64,000 nt of DNA from Felis catus (Eukaryota): the NCBI RefSeq assembly GCF_018350175.1, contig NC_058368.1, forward strand, positions 82,338,001-82,402,000, in the 5' to 3' direction. The notes below the pieces were generated by a model, which was not told where the DNA came from, ran no database searches, and saw only the letters and a list, made by a program, of their open reading frames with translations. A program made the position numbers and the translations under genes. Positions 38,100-50,198 of this stretch are shown one piece after another. Each line of letters begins with the position of its first letter. Position 1 is the stretch's first letter.

Positions 38100-40896
38100 G
38101 TGAGGGGGTACCGGCATGCAGGCAGGTCCTGGGCTGGGGTGGGGGTTGGGGGGGTAAAGGCCAGATCCACAGCTCCTTCCAGCAACCCTGGGGCTTCACC
38201 TTTGGGACCTTGTCCTGACACGGGTTCTCTCCTGGCCAGGCTCTGCCCTTTCTCCCTGCTTGCCTGTCTCAGCTTCTGGGTCTCCCTTGTCTGTTCCCAC
38301 ATCTGTTACCACAGACAGCAGGCTCTCACTTCCCAGCTGACACCCACACTGCCCTCAGCCTCCCCTGCCCTAGCTCAGCCTGCACACATTTCTAGAACTT
38401 GTTTCAACAACTGGTGGCTTCTTCTCATGGTTTGGTGCAGCTCCGTTCCAATCCCCTGCATCCTCTGGCCCACGAGTCCTGGAACCCCGGGTTCTTTGAT
38501 TGGCTGGACCAAGCCCAGATGCATCTGGACGGGCCCCAGGCCTGGAAGGATGCGGGTGTGTTTTCCTGAGGGGGGAGGGGAAGGTTTGGAAAGAAAAGAA
38601 CGGAGGACTCCCTGAGACGCTGGGGGCGGGGGGGGGGGACACCAGCCACCTCCTGCTGTTTCCCCCCCATGGGTGATCCTGTCCCCCCCACCCACACACA
38701 CCCAGTGGCTTCTGCCTCCAGCATCTTTGGAAAGTCTTACTAAAAACCAGATGAGTTAGTGGTATTTGAGTTTTGAATAATAGCCAAGGAATCTGGCTTC
38801 TTGAAAGAACAGCTCTGCACCTCCGTCTCCAAGGCACAGTGCTCTGCGGCAGACTGATTCCCATGTGTTTCGTCCTCCAGACAGGTTTCTCACTAGTGAT
38901 GGTAATGATGCCTGTTCTTAACTAACCGTCATCATGTATTACACTAGCAGGACGCAATGGTCTAACTAGCCATCATCACATATTACGCTAATGGGACGTG
39001 ATGGTTTAAAACAGTTTGGACTTAGTTGGTTCTTCTGATGAGAAATCATAAACTAAGAAAGTAATACCAGGAGTTGGTCTCTTACTTAAAAATTCTAAAC
39101 CTTAGTGTGGCCAGGGTGGCCTCATAGGTATTTCCTAGTTCATGTTTCTGCAGTCAGCACCCTGGTGTGTGTCAGATGCCAAAGCAGACAGTGGGAAGCT
39201 GATGGCTGAGTCACATCATTCTGCCTGGGTCTAGTTACAGGGGCATCTCTTTGCCTCTGTGACTGGGTGTCCCCATGTGAGGAAGTGAGTACATTCTTCT
39301 CCCTGGGACACCAAGGCCCTGCTGGCAGGGAGGCGGTGACGGGGGGGGGGGCTTCCAAGCGCTCCCCCCACCCCCGACACCATCTTGGTGACGGGAACTG
39401 CAGCCCATCCAGTCTAGACGTGGCCAGACTGCCACGGGAGCCGTGGCTCGGGAGAGGGCTGGGGCTGGGGTGCGGGGCAAGGGAGGGCCTACGTGGCTCA
39501 GATGCTCTAGGAGGGATGGACACACAGGCAGGGAAAGACGTGAGCACCACGCAGAGATGGCTGGTGGCCTTCCCCTCAAGCTGGAGAGCCGGCTTAGAGC
39601 CGGGACTGTGCTACTGTTCCCTCCGCCCTGGCTGATGGATTCACTCCGCTCACCTCAGTGGGGAGTGGGGGGGCTTTCCCCGAGGTCCTCGCGCTGGGGC
39701 CGCACGGCCCTTAGGAGGCGGCTAACGCAGGTGTTGCCATCGTCTCCATTTTCCAGATTGGGAAGCTGAGGTTGGTGCCTCCAGATCTGCCTGTCTGAGC
39801 CAGGCACGGGCTCCAGCGGCAGACGGGCCAGACAGCCCCCACCCCACGGGCTTCTCCTCTGGGCAGCTCGAGACCACACGGCCGGTCCGGGAGGCTGCCT
39901 GGGTGTGGCAGACTGGACAGATGTTTGTCTTGAGGGTGCGCCATTTGTAACCACGCATACTAACGGCCCTGCTGATGGGTAGGAGGATCTGGGGGTGGTC
40001 CACGGGGCGCTGGGGGCTTCCTGTAGTGCACAACCCTTTCGTCTCTGAAACCTGATCTAACAATGTGTTGTAGGGTAATTGTAAAGATGTCCTGCCTTCT
40101 TCTTGAGTTTATTTCTCATTCCCTTGTTTTTATGCCATCTCCTGTATTTATAAGGTCAGGATTCTGCCTCTCTCGAGTCCAGACACCACAGCTGGCCGGA
40201 GCCACGCTTTCTGGCGCCCTGCACGAGTGGGGCCGCTGTCCTCGGCCTCCCGTTAACTGTCCCCGCAATGCCGTGGGGTGACAGCATCTCGAGGGCCTGA
40301 GCCTTGGAGGGAAAGCCGGACTCGGGAGACCATGACGGAATGGGCCTCAGGGGGATGACCACCATCCCGAAGGAGACGTGTTTAGCTTTTTGCTCCGCTG
40401 TCATCAGCGTGTCCGAGTGTCACTAGCGGATCTGACAATGTTCCTGCAGGCAGGTGCCACTGGTGCCACTGAGGGGCTAAGGGACAAGGCCCCGGGGGTT
40501 GTTGTGCTGTGGCGGGAATAGGCGCTGAGACATCTGGCTGGTGGTCTTGGGCGTAAGATATGCGATGCCTCCAGTTAGGAAAAACGGCACAAGAGAAGTG
40601 CGTTGCCTGAGCTTGCACAGTGATGTTGTCTGTGTAGTTCATGTCTGAGCACGTGACCACCTGGTCATTACTTGACTGGCCGTTGAGCATTGCTGGCAGG
40701 GCCACAGAATTGTAGATTCAGGCACAAACCTTCCAGAGCACACGTGCAAACTCCCGCGTGCAGCTGGCCCCCCACTGAGCACACACAGTGTTGACAGAAG
40801 AACTTCAGTGCAGGCAAAGACCTGTATTCCTTGCATCCTGATTTGGTTCTGAATCACAGGGCTCAAGATGGCTAAGCTTCCAGAAGGCAAAAGCCT

Positions 40897-41002
40897 GGGG
40901 CGCCTGGGTGGTTCAGTGCAGGTCACGATCCCAGGGTGGTGGGCTCGAGCTCTGCATGGGGCTCTGTGCAGATGGTGAGGAGCCTGCTTGGGATTCTCTC
41001 TC

Positions 41003-41042
<40 letters not shown>

Positions 41043-41110
41043 CCCCTCTCTCTCTGTCCCCTCTCCCCCATCTCTCTTTATCTCTAAAAAAATTAAAATT
41101 AAAAAAACCA
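40897..41110 (+). mobile_element. Can-SINE with expanded (CT)n, TMEM255B intron 1
   Basis: ggggcgcctgggtggttcagt head, long CT microsatellite, A-rich tail. Confidence 0.88.
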
Positions 41111-42538
41111 TCATAAAACAAAACACAAGCCAACAGCCTGGTTGGGCTCGGAGTGGAGTCTTGCCTTGGCCTCTCCCGGCAAACTGTCTCCGTGGTGTGG
41201 CTGCTGCTGGTGGGGCATGGGGCAGGGGGGTGGTTGCTGTAAACAGGGCTTCCCTGCCTCCCCGAGACACACCACAAGGAAGAAAGTTAGGGCAATGAGA
41301 AACCCAGAATTCAAGACTTGAGGGAGGGCCAGGCAATGGCAAGTTCTCCTTTCTGGCTGCCTTCTTGAGTTCTGTGCCACCTGGAATTAGGTTTGCCTAC
41401 AAACCCCGGGACATCCCAGGTAGCAGCCGTAGTCCAGGGACTTTATCCTGCTGCTCAAGTTCCAAGGTAACAGCCAGGGCCGTCTTCCTGCTCTGCCATT
41501 CTGCAAGTGCTGCCTCTGTGCACAAGGTTCCCTCATGGCCCAAAATGGCTGCCTGGGGCTCTGCCTTTCTGCTCATATTCCAGGCAGTGGGAAGGATGAC
41601 AGGGAGAAAGGCAAGGGACAGGCTCCTTTAAGAGATGTCTGCCGGGCCTATGGGGCATCCTTTGCTTGGACGGACAGACGGACAGACAGATGGACTATTA
41701 TGTGGCAAGAATGTAACTGTACAGCTGGAGCAGAGGCTGTAGGATGCGCCCTTCACACTTCTGCATCCAATAACAGGCTGTTAACAAAGGCAAGGGGATG
41801 GGTGTCCGGGTGGGCAGTGGCAGCCTCCAATGCGCTCCTGAGTCCTTTCTGCCCCCCCTTATGATGTAGCCATTCACGGGTTTGACACTGAGCGGGGTCC
41901 TGGGGGTGGATGGTGGGTGGGGACAGCTTGGGTGGCACTACACGGAGCAGAGGGGCCTGCTGAGTGCAAGGCCCCCCTACAGTCTGGAGCAGGGCAGGCG
42001 TGTGGGGTTCGAGGACAGGGGAGGGTCTGCACACAGTGGGCGCTCAGTAAGTGGCTGAACATGACCTCTGCTGTGTGGGCTGCCAGGATGAAGGCTTCGG
42101 AGGACGCTGGTTTGGGGGTGAGGCCTGGTGGCATGGACCCTTGAGCACCTAGCCTGCAGGCACGGTGTCAGGTGGCAGGGAGCAGGGAAATCACACCCCC
42201 ATCTGCCCGCATGAGGTTCATCGTCTGGGGTTCTGGGACCTGGGCGCTAAATGCTGGAGTGAGGGTCACTGGTTGCAGTGGGGGCTGCAGGGCAGGGGAG
42301 GCGGATGTCAAGGAGCGGGGATGAAACATTTCAGGTGGGTTGGCAGGTGACGAGGGAGACCCCGAGTCCCCACCCAGAGAAACAGGGCAACTGGGAAGAG
42401 GGGGTGGCACGTGCGGGTGGTCTGGGGTCCTCGGAGCCTGTGGCCCGAGAGCAGCATGGCGAGGCAGGTGCTGTTTGCTGGGCTCCGCTCTGAGCCCATC
42501 CCCTTGCTAACGGTTCCTGTTTGTCCTCCTTCCACAAG

Positions 42539-42675
42539 GGTTTGCCAGAAGAAAGACCTCATTTTGGTTTGTGGGGTCGCTGCTGGTGGCGTCCGTCTGT
42601 ATCCTGACCATCGGCCTCGCTGCCACCACCAGGACAGAGAACGTGACCGTGGGGGGCTACTACCCAGGGGTCATT
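42539..42675 (+). CDS. TMEM255B: TMEM255B exon 2 (137 nt; first TM helix)
   Basis: Branch point GCTAAC (42506-42511), pyrimidine tract, first AG at 42537-42538; (G)FARRKTSFWFVGSLLVASVCILTIGLAATTRTENVTVGGYYPGVI; donor ATT|gtgagt. Confidence 0.92.
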
Positions 42676-43433
42676 GTGAGTGTGGCCACCCCTGGGGGTG
42701 TGCGGGAGGGCTGCGCCATGTCGGGGCTTGTGGCCGGCAGAGTCTGTCCCCAGAGGCACCCGTGTCCCCTCCCGGGCCCTGTGTGGGTGGTGGTTGCTGT
42801 CAACTGGTCTTGACAGGAGCCTGGAGCAGGGGCGGGAGGGGGTGCAGAGACCAGCCCTGACGGCCGGATTCTAGACCCGAGACAGCTCTCTGACCACAGC
42901 TTTAATTGAGTCCTGCAAAGACCCCCCCTCTGGAGGGTAGTGTTCCTCACTCCATCTTGTGGGGGCGGCAGCAGAGGGCGTCACCAACTGCTAACTTCAT
43001 ATTTCGGGCAGTAATGTCACGCAGCAAATTGGGGAAAGCCTAATCAGATCTGGCAAGAAGGGCCAACCAGATTCAGAATTATCAGGGAGATTTTTTTGAA
43101 CTATGAATTCACATCCACTGTTGTTAGCAGTAGAATTTGCTCCAAGGGCATACACTGGACAGGAGTCTGGAAGGGGCCTTTATCAGCTATGAGGCCCAGA
43201 GCTCATAGCACCAGAGCACCCAGAGCTCAATGCACCAGAACCCAGAGCTGCTGTGTCAAAAATGCTAAATCAAGGTTTTCTTTTTTAATGAAGATCTTTT
43301 AATCACATTACTGTCACTAAAAGTATCAAGATTAGTAATAACATTAGTAACATTTTTAGCAAGGATGGAAAGGTTTTGACATTAAATATTTAAAAATATT
43401 TCACATACATTGTTCACTTTATCTCTATTAAAA

Positions 43434-43644
43434 TTTTTTTTCAAGTTTATTTATTTCTTTTAAGAGAGATAGAGGAAAAGAGAGCTCAGGGGAGGGGCAG
43501 AGACAGAGGGAGAGAGAATCCCAAGCAGGCTCCGTGGTGTCAGCACAGAGCCCAACACGGCGCTCGATCCCACGACCCTGGGGTCATGACCTGAGCGGAG
43601 ATCAAGAGTCGGATGCTTGACCGACTGAGCCACCCAGGCGCTCC
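43434..43644 (-). mobile_element. Can-SINE, TMEM255B intron 2
   Basis: Antisense SINE ending ...tgagccacccaggcgc. Confidence 0.9.
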
Positions 43645-45004
43645 CGCTTCATCTTTATATTAATACTTTATTTTTATTTTTTGTCTATGTTTTATAAACC
43701 TATATTATCTACTTATGTGTTGTTTATGAGTAAACACATAGGCTCTGTGCAGAAAAAGTTTTATCAGTAAAATGTTAAGAGCTGCCAATATGTTGGGGCC
43801 CTACTTTCCTGCCGGGTGTTGTGGGGGGACCCCTGGACATGGGGCCAGGGCTGTGAGGACCTCTCCCCCAAGGTCAAGCCTCTGGCAGAGCCAGGTTCCT
43901 GGGCAGTGGCCAGTTCTGAAGGTGAGCTATGGAGACCAGATGAAATCCACCTGAAGACGATGTGGGTAAACGTCCCTTCCTAGGAGACCCCGCGTCCCAC
44001 GTGGGCATGACAGCAGCAGTTCTCAGGATGAAGCCACAGCTGGAGGCACATCTTGGAAAGAGCATGCCAGTTGGCGAAACTTAACGGAAACACCTTAATA
44101 CATTATGTTGGCCTGGAATTCTGATGGTTTTGAGCTGTGGAGCTGGACGTGAAGAAAACGTTCACCTTTCCTCCTTGAGAATTCTTCAGTTACAGGTGGA
44201 AACTTCCTCTGTGCACATGTGTCCGTCTCCACAGGCACCGTTCACCATTATAGATACAGGCTTCTGTAGCCGTAAGGCGGTCAGACTTTCAGGGCATTAA
44301 ATTTGACACCGTGGACTTGAGCGCCCACGGAGGTGCCTCCCAAACTCAGGGGCAGGCAGGGCCCCTACCCAGCCGCTCACCTCCGTTGTCCCTTGTCCAA
44401 CGTCACTCAAGCTGAGGGAACCACACTCAGTGGAGGGTTCAGCCTGGCCCTGGGTCCCTGGTTTTGAGGTGAGGAGGCCGGGAGCTGAGGCTGTCTCCAG
44501 GATAGGGAGATGCCCCTCAGCATCCTCCTCCTGCTGGAGCCTACTTCCCTCCTTTTACCTCCTCCTCTCCCATGATTACCTGTCTGCCGGCTCACCTATG
44601 GGCGCCTGGTCCCCACACCTTCCCTGAGGAGCCAGCCTCTGGCTTGGACTGCCACCAGGTCTGGGGGAAAGCAGGTGGGCCCCTCACCCTCTGGGTAACC
44701 GTGAGGGGCTGTCCCTCAGGCCGGAGGTGAGGGGCCTGTGCTGCCCTATTCTGTGATCAAGAGTTAAATTGTTTGAACGGGTTGCATTTCAGTGGCTTGT
44801 ATTCCTACCACTGGCTTTGGTGGAGCCCGAGACGCCACCCAGACGGGCACGAGCCTGTGGGCCGCTAGGTGGTGAAGGTGGTTGGGGAGGGGTGACTTTG
44901 CCCCTTTGGTAAGATGTTTTCGAGGGGGTGGCCTCCGATTTGCTGATCCTTGCGAGCTCTAAGCCTCCGTGTGCTAACCGGGCACCTTCTCCGTTTCCCT
45001 CTAG

Positions 45005-45067
45005 CTGGGCTTTGGAGCTTTCTTGGGGATTATCGGCATCAACCTGGTGGAGAACCGGAAGCAGATG
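45005..45067 (+). CDS. TMEM255B: TMEM255B exon 3 (63 nt)
   Basis: ccctctag acceptor; LGFGAFLGIIGINLVENRKQM; donor ATG|gtaaga. Confidence 0.95.
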
Positions 45068-46559
45068 GTAAGAATGTACGTTGTTTCTTTCAAACGTGGG
45101 CAGTAAGAGTGTGTTATGTTATGGCTACAGCTAGTATTCCTGGGGAAGCCCCCAGCCCCAATCCAGCAACCGAGGATCCGGGCCCAGGTTCCCCAGGCTG
45201 TGCACTGTACAACTCTGGCCTCAGGGCTTATGGGCGTCCTTCACAATTAGTCTAAGTGACAGTTGCTTCTAGGATTGTAGGGTGAAACCTACAGACTCAC
45301 ATGGTGGTCCTGGCAGCTGAAGTTGAGGCACAGAAAGAAGAGTTTGGGGTATGGGGTGGGTTGGGGGTTAGCAAATTAAAGGATGATGTATAGGCTCCCG
45401 CAGGCCAAGGAGAGGGGGGAGATGCAAAGGCCAGAGGAGCCAAACTCACTCAGACTTGACAGAGAGGAAGTCCAGACCTTGCCCGGCCCCCACGCTCGTC
45501 CCCCATGTCTGGTCCCTGGTGGACCCCTGTCCCCCACATCCTGGAGTAGACTACCGCCAGCCTCGATCAGTTTTGTGAACGCGGTGTTTTTATCAATGAT
45601 TTCGATTTGGGATCTGTTTGCTTTGGGGACACAGCCCCAAGGGTAAGCAGTTAATTTTGCCAGTTCACTGTGGGCTGGTGTTGAATTCTGACAGCAGTTC
45701 AGGGGGGCTTGGGGCCACATGGCCGGTTCCCACTCACCTCTAACACCTGCCTGCATTGGCTTCATCCTACTTATTCCCAAATCTGCGGTCACCTGCCTTG
45801 GGGTCCACTGTGTGAGGGGCTGCAGTACATGACCCCATGTGCCCCCCATTCCCTGGCTGAGAGGGAAGGCCTGTGGCTTGGCTGTGGTGGCCGCTGTCAT
45901 AACTGTGTGATGAGAAAGTGGCCCCTGGGGCAGAAGGAGCCTGGCCAAGTGAGGGTCGTCCTGGGATGGGGCCGGGGAGGAAGCATGACAAAGAGGTTTG
46001 GATTCTGGCAGCAAGGAGTGTTTTACCCTGAGTTTGGGGGAGAGGAAGGGTGGGTTGCCACCCTGGGCCGCTGGCTAAGAAGAGGGGGACAGAGGGACCC
46101 CGCGCTCCTGCCAGGTCCCCAGGCGGTGGGTGACCCCACCGTCCTTGCCTGGCTGGTGCTGGTGTAGGGGGATCTGGGGGGGGTCAGCCCTCGGGGTCCT
46201 TGAAGCCCTGGCCTCTGGGTGGATCTCCTGCAGGAGGGAGGCGTCCAGAATCCAGAAGGAGCCCTGGAGGTGGCGCCCTTGAAGATTCTTGCCAAGGTCT
46301 TTCTGTGCCCCCGCTGGGGCCATGGATAGGAGTCTGCAGTGGGAAAAGCGATTTGCTCCCAAGCTTTAACACATTCAAGTGTCGCTGTCCCCAGGAGAGG
46401 TCAGGGATTTAGGGCTGCCAGGAGCGGTCAAGCACAAGGCTCGTTCTCTGCAGCAAACGCTGTTTTTGGATAGAGAGGGCCTCCTGGTGGGGGTGGGGAG
46501 AAGCTGGAACCCCGCTGTCAGGGGTGTTACCAGGTCCCGGGCCTTGGTCCGGTTTCCCT

Positions 46560-46740
46560 CCCGCGGCCTCTGGTGTCTCCGGCCCCGCCCCTGCCTCCGT
46601 GCCCCCCCTTCCGGCCCCGCCCCTGCCCGCTGGACCCCTCCCTGCCTGCTCTCCGGCCCCGCCCCTCCCTCTGTGCGCGTCCCCCCCCCTCCGGCCCCGC
46701 CCCTGCCTCTGTGCCCCCCCCTGCGGACCCGCCCATGCCT
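46560..46740. repeat. C-rich repeat with four CCGGCCCCGCCCCT units
   Basis: Repeated GC-box-containing units in TMEM255B intron 3. Confidence 0.8.
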
Positions 46741-46944
46741 CTGTGACCCCTCCCTGCCTGATCGCCTGTCCTGCTGAGGTCTCTGTCAGTGCTCCTGCCT
46801 GGCTCTGCAGGCTGAGAGCCTCCTGACCTGCTTTTCCACGCAGTTTCCTCAAGGCTCAGAGCCGGCTGTGAAGCCGGAGGCCAGGCGGCTGCCACGTGGG
46901 TGGTGAGGACCCAGTTTGGTCCGAGGACGCCTGTTTCTTTACCT

Positions 46945-48790
46945 TTTAAAAAGAGCTTTATTGAGACATAACTCACCCCTTTAACGTGTAAAATGCAGTG
47001 GCTTTAGCATATAACGGGTGTGTGCAACCACCACCACAGCCAATTTGAGGACATTTCGTCCTTTCAAACAGAAACCACCCCGCCGGTGCCCGTGTCCAGC
47101 CCTGGGCGACCACTAACCTGCTTTTGGTCTGGACTGTGTGCACGGCCTGGCCCACATCTGTCACTCAGCATAGTGCTTTCCAGGTTCATCCCGGTGGCCG
47201 CCTGTGTCAGGACCGTGGTGCTTTATGGCTAAGTCATGTTCCAGCGAATGGATGGGGTACATTCTGTGTCCGTTCGTCAGTGCTGGTCCCTGGGGAGGCC
47301 GCCGCCTTGGGCTTCGAGGCGAGTGTGAACATGGGGCACGGTGCTAGCAGTGGAGTTGCTGTCGTGGGGCCACTGTCTTACATGCCCGCCAGCGCGTTCG
47401 GGGTCTCCAGTGTCCCCAGCCCTTCCCAGCCCTCCTGGTGGGAACGTCGTGGTATCTCACTGTGGTATTTCCTCCGTGACTAGTGACCTTGGACTTCTTT
47501 CCGTGACCTTCTTGGCCTTCTCTACATCTGTTTTTAGACAAACGCCTATTCAGGTCCCTTGCAGATGTTTAAACTGGGTGACTTGTGTTCCTCTCCTTCA
47601 GGGGTCAGACCCTTTATGGCCAGAGGCCAGTCCTTTGTCAGGTACGTGATTTGCCAATATTGTCTCCCTTGAGCACAGAAGCTTGCAGTTTCGAGGAAGC
47701 CCCAGGTGTGTATTTTCTCTCTGGTCGCCTGTGCTCTTGGTCTAAGTGTCCCACACCAGTTCCAAGATTGTGAAGATTTACCCCCTGTGTTTTTGAGTTT
47801 CGTCACTTACGTTTAAGTCTTTGGTCCATTCTGAGTCAGTGTTTGCATATGTTGTGAGATGGGGTCCACATTCCATCTTTTTGCCGGTGGCTGCTCCGAA
47901 TGGTCTTGGTGGCCTTGTCAGCCACAGTGCTTTTCCTCCACGGGCCAGTGTTCGTGTCGATGTGTGCTGTCTCGGTCACTGGTGCTTTGTAGTGAGTTTT
48001 GAAACCAGAACTCGAGTCCTCCTACTTTGTTCCTCTTTTCCAGGACTGTTCTGGTTATTCTCTGTCTTTGCAATTTCACACGAGTGTTAGAATCAGCTTG
48101 CCAGTTTCTGCGGAGAGGTCAGCTGGATTCTGCTCAACCTGTACATCAGCTTAGGGAGTGTATCTGGCTGAGAGATGTTAAGTATCCTCACCCATGAACT
48201 TGCGATGTTTTCCTAGTTTTTTAGATCTTCTTACGTTGTCCTCAACAATGTTTTCTTAAGTGTCTTAAGTTTCGCGCTCCCTTTGTTAAGTTTATTCCTA
48301 AGTGTTTTATTCTTTTTGAGGGTATTAGGAACAGATTTTTTCCCGTAACTTCATTTTTGGATTGTCCATTAAATGGGTGTAAAAATACAATAAGTTTTTC
48401 TTTTTTTTTTTTCTTTTTTCAACGTTTATTTATTTTTGGGACAGAGAGAGACAGAGCATGAACGGGGGAGGGGCAGAGAGAGAGGGAGACACAGAATCGG
48501 AAACAGGCTCCAGGCTCTGAGCCATCAGCCCAGAGCCCGACGCGGGGCTCGAACTCACGGACTGTGAGATCGTGACCTGGCTGAAGTCGGACGCTTAACC
48601 GACTGCGCCACCCAGGCGCCCCACAATAAGTTTTTCTATGCTGATCTTGTATCCTGTAGCTCTGTGGAACTCATTCATTTGTTTTAATCATTTCAAGTGG
48701 ATCCCTTAGGGCTCTCCATCTGTAAGATCATGTCGCCGCAGACAGACATAGTTTTGTTTCTTCCTGTCCAGTCTGGATGCTGGAGGTCTG
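46945..48790 (-). mobile_element. Old LINE-1 3' end/ORF2 fragment with an inserted SINE
   Basis: Starts with an antisense L1M 3'-UTR-like sequence (gctttattgagacataactcac...) and continues into T-rich antisense ORF2-like sequence; ends approximate. Confidence 0.78.
48402..48622 (-). mobile_element. Young felid SINE (SINEC_Fc type) inserted in L1
   Basis: Close reverse complement of the 7001 copy; TSD acaataagtttttct at 48387-48401 and 48623-48637. Confidence 0.95.
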
Positions 48791-49014
48791 TTTCGGAGGC
48801 TTTAGTAAGAGAGCAGTGTGGGGCCCATCTTACCTGCAAGCTTCTGTGTGCCTGGCAAGATGGGGCCCCGGTTTCCCAGACCAGAGCCTGCGGATGGGAG
48901 TCGTCTGTGACCCTGTGCAGCCCCATTTCCCCTGGTGAGGAGGGGCTCTTCCGGACTAACTTTGTAGGGTGAGCGCACCGCACTCTAGCGTTTGACTTCA
49001 TGTTGATGGAGACT

Positions 49015-49140
49015 GAGACCTGTGTCCACTACTAGGGTGGTGTGATCTTGGGAAACTTACTTGACCTTTCTGGGCCTCAGTTTACCCATTTCCAGGGCTG
49101 CTGGGAACACCTGTGTGAGGAGGTTCAGTACAGTGTTGGC
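49015..49140 (+). mobile_element. MIR fragment
   Basis: tgtgatcttgggaaacttacttgacctttctgggcctcagttt resembles the MIR core; weaker similar pieces at about 14170-14270 and 31760-31860. Confidence 0.65.
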
Positions 49141-49355
49141 CCGGAGCAGGTGTCTGGGGGTGGGGGGGTGGGGGTGGTGCCAATGTCACTCACTGTTCCT
49201 GAGCCCCCCGGGTGCGGTTGCTTCGAAAGGAGTCTGTAAATAGCAAGCTGAGAAAATGTCAGAGAAAGAGAGAATGCATTTCAAGTGCATCCACATATGT
49301 AAGAATGCTTTCTTCTTTCTTGATTTCTTTCTGGTTTTTTTCGATAAGAAATTTA

Positions 49356-49575
49356 GGGGCACCTGGGTGGCTCAGTCAGTTTAGCATCTGACCCCTTGAT
49401 TTCGGCTCAGGTCATGATCTCACGGTTCGTGTGTTCAAGACCCATATCAGGCTCTGTGCTGACAGCTCAAAGCCTGGAGCCTGCTTCCAATTCTGTGTCT
49501 CCCTCTCTCTCTGCCCCTCCCCTGCTGGCACTCTCTCTCTTTCTCAGTAATAAATAAACATTAAAAAAAATTAAA
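49356..49575 (+). mobile_element. Can-SINE, TMEM255B intron 3
   Basis: Head ggggcacctgggtggctcagtc, CT tract, aataaataaacattaaaaaaaa tail. Confidence 0.92.
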
Positions 49576-49969
49576 CATATACAAAAGTAGGCCCTAGAGC
49601 CCAATGAATCTCATGGCCAGTTATCTCTCACCCATTTCTTCCCTTCCTGTATTATTTTGGAACAATTACCAGATAGCGCCATTTCATCTGTAAATGGTTT
49701 GTTCAACTTGAGGGGTGGGATCCAATCGTTACAGTGACTGCACCATTACCTCCGCCCATCACCATGTTGGCTTCCTGTGATGTCCAAAAAATGCCCCAGA
49801 GTGAGTCAGCTTTTCCTATTTTCCCACTGATGGTGAGTTGCTGGCTTCTCCTCACCAGACAGACGCACAGATCATCAAGTTCAATATCAGCCCAGCCATC
49901 CACACAGCCCCAGAGGCAGGGGGCGGGGGGAGGCTGAGAGCGGTGTGGAAACTGTCCACCTGCCTCCAT

Positions 49970-50198
49970 GTGTGTGCACACAGACACACAGATGCACACA
50001 GAGACAGAAGGACACACAGAGACACACACACAGACACAAATATAGACACACATAGACATGCAGATACACAGACACACATGCAGACACATATACAGACGTA
50101 CAGAGACACACACACAGACACACACAGACACACACAGAGACACACATATAGACACACACAGACAGACACATACAGACATGCAGACACACAGACAGAGA
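49970..50198. repeat. Degenerate (GACACA/CA)n array
   Basis: Simple repeat, directly visible. Confidence 0.85.

Noticed and set aside
37839..38615. 258-aa ORF over the TMEM255B start
   Set aside because: Different frame from the real exon 1, runs through the donor, and has no recognisable domain.
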